Under the pieces are notes generated by a model. That model was not told the origin of the DNA. It ran no database searches and worked only from the letters and a program-made list of their open reading frames with translations. A program made the position numbers and the translations under genes. From a virus, in the IMG/VR virus record IMGVR_UViG_3300042542_005394, positions 1-64,000 of that record: a stretch of 64,000 nucleotides of DNA. One strand, written 5' to 3'. Shown here piece after piece: positions 58,291 through 64,000 of this stretch; the stretch's first letter is position 1, and every line of letters starts with the position of its first letter.

Positions 58291-58645
58291 CTTGTCTCCA
58301 TTTAATTTTCTGCTTGGGCCTTTGTAATCTGCTCATACCTTTTGGAAGTTCTTTAGTAGAAGCGGGTTCTTTATATTCATTATGTTTTTTGCCCAAGTGA
58401 GCCTTGTGGTCTTCGCTCATCTTATCTCTATTCCTATTTGCCAGATCTCCAATAGTTTTTAACTCGCTGTCGCTTTTCTTTATTGATGTATTTAAAGTAA
58501 GTAGATCCTCAACATAAAGTCTTGATACTTTTTTATCTTTATTACAAGATGGACAAATCTTTTTAGATTTATCATATTGCTGTAAAGATAGATAAAGCTC
58601 GAATTTTTCTTTACATCCGTCGCAAAAAAATGAATATGTTGGCAT
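58283..58645 (-). CDS. FmdB-family Zn-ribbon protein
   Basis: MPTYSFFCDGC...FE...CPSC...VSRL signature. Confidence 0.8.
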   Translation of the reverse strand: MPTYSFFCDGCKEKFELYLSLQQYDKSKKICPSCNKDKKVSRLYVEDLLTLNTSIKKSDSELKTIGDLANRNRDKMSEDHKAHLGKKHNEYKEPASTKELPKGMSRLQRPKQKIKWRQDG

Positions 58646-58648
58646 GTT

Positions 58649-59224
58649 TTATATATAGGAATCAGGCAAATAAATTTTCCATTCGTTCGGTATGTCTGAT
58701 CTTATTCTAAGAAGAAAGTGAGATATAGGCAAGTACTTGGGGCTTTTATTTGGTATCATCGGAAGATTTCTAATAGGCATATTAGCCTGTTTAGGTGTTC
58801 TATTTCCTTTTTTACGATTACATTCTACGCAAGCTGTTACTATATTTGTCCAATTCGTTGGTGATCCATTCTTATTTTTCCATAATGATTTTGGAATAAC
58901 ATGATCATAGGTTAATTTAGCTATTTCTTTAGTTTCTCCACAATACTGACAGCTATAATTATCTCTTATAAAAATATTTTTTCTAGAGAAATTAACTTTA
59001 GCATTATTCACTCTAAAATATTTAGATGTTCTTATCACTGCTGGTATTGGAAATTTTTTGTTATTAGTACCATTAATATAATCATTTTTGTAGAAGTCTA
59101 TAACTTCTATATGAGAATGATTGCTATCTATTAATGACCATGTTATAGCTCTTTTCCAATCAACAATAGCTAATGGCGTAAAATCAGCATTTAACACCAA
59201 GCATTTACTGTGTCTTATTTTCAT
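58649..59224 (-). CDS. HNH endonuclease (McrA-like)
   Basis: SRKNIFIRDNYSCQYCG...TYDHVIP...WTNIVTACVECNRKKG. Confidence 0.9.
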   Translation of the reverse strand: MKIRHSKCLVLNADFTPLAIVDWKRAITWSLIDSNHSHIEVIDFYKNDYINGTNNKKFPIPAVIRTSKYFRVNNAKVNFSRKNIFIRDNYSCQYCGETKEIAKLTYDHVIPKSLWKNKNGSPTNWTNIVTACVECNRKKGNRTPKQANMPIRNLPMIPNKSPKYLPISHFLLRIRSDIPNEWKIYLPDSYI

Positions 59225-59930
59225 TTTCGAAAGAATCTAAACGATGAATAATTTTGCCGATAATTGGATTTCTAACAATATCAGATGATGTTAATTTTGC
59301 AATACCTATACCTTCAACACCTTCAAGAACGCTCATCATATTATAAAAGCCGCCCTGCATGTGTCTATGTAAATCTGATTGGCTGGTATCTCCTGTTACA
59401 ACCATCTTGCTATTCATGCCAATTCGAGTCAATAACATTTTAAGTTGATCATAGGAAGCATTTTGACATTCGTCAGCAACAATAAAGCAATTATGAAAGT
59501 TTCGCCCTCTCATTAAGCCCAATGGTACAATCTCTATTTTGTTATTGATTTTCAGATTAGCATATTGTGCTGCTGGAATAAAATAATTTATTTCATCTAG
59601 TAAGGGCAGTAGATATGGATGAAGTTTTTCTTCAGCACTTCCGGGTAAGTATCCTAATTTTTCTCCAGATTCTACTACTGGCCTTGTAATAATAATCTTT
59701 TTAACTTTTTCATCTAATAAATACTCTAGAGCTAAACCTACGGCTATATGACTTTTGCCGCTACCAGCTACTCCTTGACAGAAAGTTATAACGTTTTCTG
59801 CTACGGTTCTGATGTATTCCTTTTGATTATCTGTTCTTGGTTTTAGTCTGTTTCTATAAGCATCTGGCATCCTGATTTCGTTTGTTGCGTCTATAACTTT
59901 ACTTTTCTTCTTATTGGGTTTTTTTCTCAA
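59205..59930 (-). CDS. phoH: PhoH-like ATPase
   Basis: GVAGSGKS, ITRPVVE...LGYLPG, MRGR, ADECQN, TGDTSQSD, IVRNP. Confidence 0.93.
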   Translation of the reverse strand: MRKKPNKKKSKVIDATNEIRMPDAYRNRLKPRTDNQKEYIRTVAENVITFCQGVAGSGKSHIAVGLALEYLLDEKVKKIIITRPVVESGEKLGYLPGSAEEKLHPYLLPLLDEINYFIPAAQYANLKINNKIEIVPLGLMRGRNFHNCFIVADECQNASYDQLKMLLTRIGMNSKMVVTGDTSQSDLHRHMQGGFYNMMSVLEGVEGIGIAKLTSSDIVRNPIIGKIIHRLDSFENENKTQ

Positions 59931-59937
59931 GTTAGGC

Positions 59938-59994
59938 CCTTTATTAATAGAATTAGTAAAACCAATGCATATTAAAATACACCGTTAATAAAGG
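59938..59994 (-). promoter_or_regulatory. CGGTGTAT motif inside a 10-bp inverted repeat upstream of phoH
   Basis: CCTTTATTAA (59938-59947) and TTAATAAAGG (59985-59994) flank ATACACCG (59977-59984). The same octamer lies upstream of nrdB. Confidence 0.45.
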
Positions 59995-60003
59995 CTATTT
60001 ATA

Positions 60004-60372
60004 TTATTTTAACACAAAATTCTCTAGATTTGGAGCTTTCCATCCCTCTGGTTTTAGCACCTTGCCGTCCTCTCTTTTCTTTACTTTTCCTGTTACAGAA
60101 TCAATCTTGTCAAAATTGGTACGCATTACCTCATCCCAACCAGCTTCTCCATTTGCTCCCATACTATTGATAGCTCCCACAGTAACTACTATTATATCTA
60201 TTAGAGCATCTAGAATTTCAACTCTGTCATTAGCGTCTATAGCCTCTTGTAATTCTTGAGTTTCTTCCTTGATCAAAGTATGATACATATTTAACTGCTT
60301 TTCATTAAACTCACATACTGTCTGATCACAAGCCACCATAAACTTAGTCTGGTCCTGAAATACGTTTCCCAT
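60004..60372 (-). CDS. MazG-like all-alpha NTP pyrophosphohydrolase
   Basis: LIKEETQEL...EILDALID...EVMRTNFDK...REDGKVLKP. Confidence 0.85.
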   Translation of the reverse strand: MGNVFQDQTKFMVACDQTVCEFNEKQLNMYHTLIKEETQELQEAIDANDRVEILDALIDIIVVTVGAINSMGANGEAGWDEVMRTNFDKIDSVTGKVKKREDGKVLKPEGWKAPNLENFVLK

Positions 60373-60399
60373 AATTTACTTTTGTCCTTTCATGATTGA

Positions 60400-62049
60400 T
60401 TATGATTCACAACTACTACACGTTAAAATACTTCTAGCTAATTCCTGAGCAGGATTGCTCGATCTCTGATAATAAAATGTCTTAATTCCATTTTCCCATC
60501 CAAAAATCAATAACTCGCTCACTTCTTTAGCCGGACAGTTTGGAGGTATCATTAAGTTAAGAGATACTGCCTGATCTATATATTTCTGACGTTGTATATT
60601 TTGAATAACAATTTCTTTCTGACTTATTTCGCCAAAAGTCTTAAAGATATTTTTTTCTTCTTGTGTGAGAAAATCTAAATGCTGAACACTACCACCCCTA
60701 ACAAGAATATCTTTCCATACTTCTTCTGTGTCTTGATTTTTGTCCTTTAGGAGTTTTTTAAGGTATGGATTTTTGTATGTGAAACTACCTTTAGCCAGTT
60801 TCTTCACAAAGTAGTTACTATTTAAAGGTTCGATGGATGGACTCACTTGCCCTAAAATAAAACTACTGCTCGTAGTGGGCGCCACAGCGACTGTGGTGAC
60901 GTTTCTACGTCCATAGCCCTTGAGCAATTCTGGCTCTCCATACCTATGAGCTAATTCTACAGAAGCCTTGTCTGCCTTAGATTTTATTGTTTTCCATACG
61001 TCTACATTTAAAGCTTTTGCTCCCATAGACTCAAAAGGAACCATCTTAGACTGTAATAATGAATGCCAGCCAAGAACCCCCATACCTAATGCTCTTTGGT
61101 TTTTAGCAAAATTATGAGAAGACTCCATAAATTGACTATTAGCAGTTTTTCTAATGAACTCCTCATTGACTGCATCAAGAAAATATACTAAAGTTTCTAT
61201 TGCGTCTGTTTCCTTGATCTCGTCCCAATGCAATAAATTAAGACTAGACAATACACAAACAAAACTATTATCCTCATCAGAAAATAGTGTAATTTCTGAG
61301 CATAGATTTGATGACTTAATTTTTAGTCTTTTGTCTTTATATGGCTGAGGAGCAACATTGTTAACATTATCGCTAAACATAATATATGGATAGCCTGTCT
61401 GAAATCTCTTTTGAATTATTTTTGCCCAAATTTTTCTTTTTTCTTTGTCTCCATTAACCATATCTTTCATCCACTCATCACCTATGGTAACACCAATACT
61501 CATATTTTGAATGGGATGACCCTCACTGCGTATTTGTAGAAACTCTTCTATATCAGGATGTTCTACAGGAAGATATGCAGCAAACGAACCTCTACGAGCA
61601 GAGCCTTGGGACACAACCTCAGCAACCTTGTCAAATAACTCCATAAAATGCACAGGACCACTACTTTCTCCACCAACACTTATCTTAGCTCCTCTAGCTC
61701 TAAGATCTCCAAAATAACCACTGGTGCCTCCACCTAATTTGCTCATCATACCAACTTCTGCTACTTTATTCAATATGCCATCCATAGTATCTGGAATATA
61801 AGAATTAAAGCAGGAAACTGGAAGCCCTCTATCGTTGCCAAAATTAGTCCACACTGGGGTTGCTAGACTATAGAAACCTCTACTCATATAGTCTTCGAAT
61901 TTGTCAGCAAATCCTTCTGTGTTTAGGATAGCTTGAGCCGTTTCGGCAATTTGTCTAACTCTAGTTTCCGGAGTTATTCCTTCTTTAAGATATCCTCTTT
62001 CCAAGAAAATGCGACTATGAGAGTTAAGCCAGTAATATTTTTTATTCAT
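60400..62049 (-). CDS. nrdA: Class I ribonucleotide reductase alpha subunit (short, no ATP cone)
   Basis: PVSCF, SNLCSE, APTTSSS, TFYYQRS, C-terminal CSSCES. Confidence 0.95.
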   Translation of the reverse strand: MNKKYYWLNSHSRIFLERGYLKEGITPETRVRQIAETAQAILNTEGFADKFEDYMSRGFYSLATPVWTNFGNDRGLPVSCFNSYIPDTMDGILNKVAEVGMMSKLGGGTSGYFGDLRARGAKISVGGESSGPVHFMELFDKVAEVVSQGSARRGSFAAYLPVEHPDIEEFLQIRSEGHPIQNMSIGVTIGDEWMKDMVNGDKEKRKIWAKIIQKRFQTGYPYIMFSDNVNNVAPQPYKDKRLKIKSSNLCSEITLFSDEDNSFVCVLSSLNLLHWDEIKETDAIETLVYFLDAVNEEFIRKTANSQFMESSHNFAKNQRALGMGVLGWHSLLQSKMVPFESMGAKALNVDVWKTIKSKADKASVELAHRYGEPELLKGYGRRNVTTVAVAPTTSSSFILGQVSPSIEPLNSNYFVKKLAKGSFTYKNPYLKKLLKDKNQDTEEVWKDILVRGGSVQHLDFLTQEEKNIFKTFGEISQKEIVIQNIQRQKYIDQAVSLNLMIPPNCPAKEVSELLIFGWENGIKTFYYQRSSNPAQELARSILTCSSCES

Positions 62050-62074
62050 TGTTATTTCTATTATAATCCTTCAA

Positions 62075-63046
62075 CTAAAATAAATCATTAGCATCGAAAC
62101 TTTGAGAATGTTTAGCATACTCCACAGGACGACTATGGAAAAAATCTGTCATGTTATTACCTAATATTTGTTCATCAAACCAAGATGTTTTTGAGATTAT
62201 TTCCTTGTCAGCTTCAAAAATAGCATCGTACCCTATTTGTTTTAAAGACTCATTCATCCTATTCTTTATGAATTCTTTGAGGAGATCAGAGCTAAGTTTC
62301 TCATGGTCGTATCCATTTACTATCCACTCTATAATTTGACACTCATACTTGATGGCATCTTTGGCTTCGTGTTCTATTTTAGCTTTCAGTTCCTCATCAA
62401 ACAGCTCAGGATGTTCGCTTTTGATCGTGTTTATAATTTTAATACCAATCATAGCATGAAGGTTTTCTTCTCTGCTGGTATATTCTACTTGTTTGTTAGT
62501 ATCTTTCAACAAGTTTTTATATCTGCCAAAAAAGCTAATAGTATAAAACTGAGAGAACAAAGCAATGTTTTCTACAAACAAAGTAAAAAGAATTAGTGAG
62601 TAAATAAATTGTTTTTTGTTGTTATCATGAAATTTATGTAGATGTTTGCGTAGATAATTTACTCTGCCCTTAATGATATCTAATTTGAGAATATCATCGA
62701 AAGCATCATCTATGCCTAAGACTTCTAGCAGTCTCTCATAGGCATCTCCATGAATGACTTCCACATTAGCCATTACATAACCCATATCATTAATACTTGG
62801 GTGAGGCAGATTATCTCCCAATTTGGCCCAAAACTTTTTGACACTAATTTCTAGTTGGCCTATTGTTGATAATGCTCTTATAACTATCTCTCGTTCTTGA
62901 TCGGTCAAATTAACTTTAAAATCTTGAGTATCGCTACTAAAATTAAACTCTTTATCTGTCCAGAACCCGTTGTGCATGGCCGTTATGAATTCTTGTGTCC
63001 AAGGATAATTGTCTGGTTTGCGAGATATTTGTTCTTCAAAAATCAT
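62075..63046 (-). CDS. nrdB: Class I ribonucleotide reductase beta subunit
   Basis: FWTDKE, EVIHGDAY, LFVENIALFSQF, SREENLH, DFF...VEY. Confidence 0.95.
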   Translation of the reverse strand: MIFEEQISRKPDNYPWTQEFITAMHNGFWTDKEFNFSSDTQDFKVNLTDQEREIVIRALSTIGQLEISVKKFWAKLGDNLPHPSINDMGYVMANVEVIHGDAYERLLEVLGIDDAFDDILKLDIIKGRVNYLRKHLHKFHDNNKKQFIYSLILFTLFVENIALFSQFYTISFFGRYKNLLKDTNKQVEYTSREENLHAMIGIKIINTIKSEHPELFDEELKAKIEHEAKDAIKYECQIIEWIVNGYDHEKLSSDLLKEFIKNRMNESLKQIGYDAIFEADKEIISKTSWFDEQILGNNMTDFFHSRPVEYAKHSQSFDANDLF

Positions 63047-63061
63047 ATAAGCACCTTTTGT

Positions 63062-63106
63062 GGTCGGATTATGGGAATACGTTCCATATACACCGCGACC
63101 GTATTC
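63062..63106 (-). promoter_or_regulatory. CGGTGTAT motif within overlapping inverted repeats in the nrdB leader
   Basis: ATACACCG at 63088-63095. Inverted pairs: GGTCG/CGACC (63062-66/63096-100), TATGG/CCATA (63070-74/63084-88), GAATACG/CGTATTC (63075-81/63100-106). Confidence 0.4.
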
Positions 63107-63149
63107 AGTATACTAGAGTTTCTGGTGTTCTGGGGAAGGTCGAAATTTT

Positions 63150-63947
63150 TTATTTGATTGTGTGTGGAGTTGGAACTCTTTTATCAAAGACCTGATTGTA
63201 CCAAAAATGGTATTGATATTTATTACCGTCTCCAACATCAAATAAACATACCGATTGATCAATGCTAGAAACTAATCCTGGCCACATTTCTAAACTCAGT
63301 AGGTGATTGTGCGGCTTATACCAATCATCTTGGAATAGTATATCTGCATCGAACCAAAAAAAGGTACCAGAATAGTGAAAACAACTATTGAAATAGCAGT
63401 CTTTGTCTGTTCTTAAACAACCAATAAAATTATATAATTTAGATTCTATTTTGGGTTTGACAAGATCAAAAAATAAATCAATATTATATTTCCATAATGT
63501 ATTTACCCAACAAGTTACGGCATAATCTTTTTCTGGATGAGAACATCCTTTCCCATGACCAAAAAATACAAAATTCTGTTCTTCATCATTTTTTAATAGG
63601 CTTCGTAATAGCGGAGCAGATTTATCAAAAAAGTGTGACGATTCTTTGGTGGTTGATGAGTTAATACATGGTATGATTATGGTTCTCGGATCATATAATT
63701 CATCTACAATCTTCTGAAACATAATATTATTATGGAACTCATTATTTGGGCTAGATACTGTTATTATTTTATAACCATTGAAAATATATAAATTTTGTTT
63801 TAATTTGGCTATGGCATAATGTATTTTTTCATGATTCACACAATGAAGATGAAATATAAAATGATAATTTATATTATTTTGACTATTATCTAACGTTGCA
63901 AAACTAGTATTTTCTTTTGTATTTTTGCATAAAAATTTAAACAACAT
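63150..63947 (-). CDS. Hypothetical protein, possibly glycosyltransferase-related
   Basis: FFGHGKG...W...HYSGTFFWF...LEMWPG pattern, of a kind recalled from phage sugar-modification-associated proteins. ATG at 63947. Confidence 0.45.
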   Translation of the reverse strand: MLFKFLCKNTKENTSFATLDNSQNNINYHFIFHLHCVNHEKIHYAIAKLKQNLYIFNGYKIITVSSPNNEFHNNIMFQKIVDELYDPRTIIIPCINSSTTKESSHFFDKSAPLLRSLLKNDEEQNFVFFGHGKGCSHPEKDYAVTCWVNTLWKYNIDLFFDLVKPKIESKLYNFIGCLRTDKDCYFNSCFHYSGTFFWFDADILFQDDWYKPHNHLLSLEMWPGLVSSIDQSVCLFDVGDGNKYQYHFWYNQVFDKRVPTPHTIK

Positions 63948-64000
63948 GACTTCTACACTCAATTAAATTTTTAACCATAATTGTGTAGATATCTAACTTA

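Noticed and set aside
36492-63195. Short plus-strand ORFs opposite the replication genes (e.g. 36492-37076, 45875-46240, 56161-56460)
   Set aside because: Antisense shadows of well-supported genes.
1-64000. tRNA or rRNA genes
   Set aside because: Intergenic gaps are almost all under ~100 nt and none shows a cloverleaf or rRNA-like sequence by eye.

Overview
An AT-rich 64 kb segment of a large tailed dsDNA phage genome, made of two convergent gene blocks that meet at 36437-36440. The plus strand (1-36440) is a virion/tail block. It begins with a 5'-truncated giant (>5090 aa) tape-measure-like protein, followed by an Asn/Gly-rich fibre/adhesin, two tandem paralogous structural proteins, a 1680-aa tail protein and Cys-rich proteins. 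The minus strand (36437-63962) is a replication, recombination and nucleotide-metabolism block: nrdB-nrdA, MazG-like, phoH, HNH, FmdB-like, RecA, DnaB, DnaG, dNMP kinase, Cas4/RecB-like nuclease, a DnaE-type polymerase split into two genes around a DnaQ-like exonuclease, ssb, a seven-gene glycosyltransferase cluster, a putative ssDNA-annealing protein and a YfaP-like membrane protein. The most striking element is the giant protein. A conserved linker (GTDTVPAMLTPGEFVxN flanked by [FY]xxGG motifs) recurs six times plus two degenerate copies. It separates unrelated cargo segments, including an HExxH metallopeptidase, an EF-hand pair and a Gly-zipper plus ADP-ribosyltransferase-like domain. This suggests a modular effector-delivery polyprotein built on the tape measure. 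Other notable points are the intein-less split DnaE and a CGGTGTAT motif embedded in inverted repeats upstream of phoH and nrdB. All calls come from reading motifs by eye; no database search was run.
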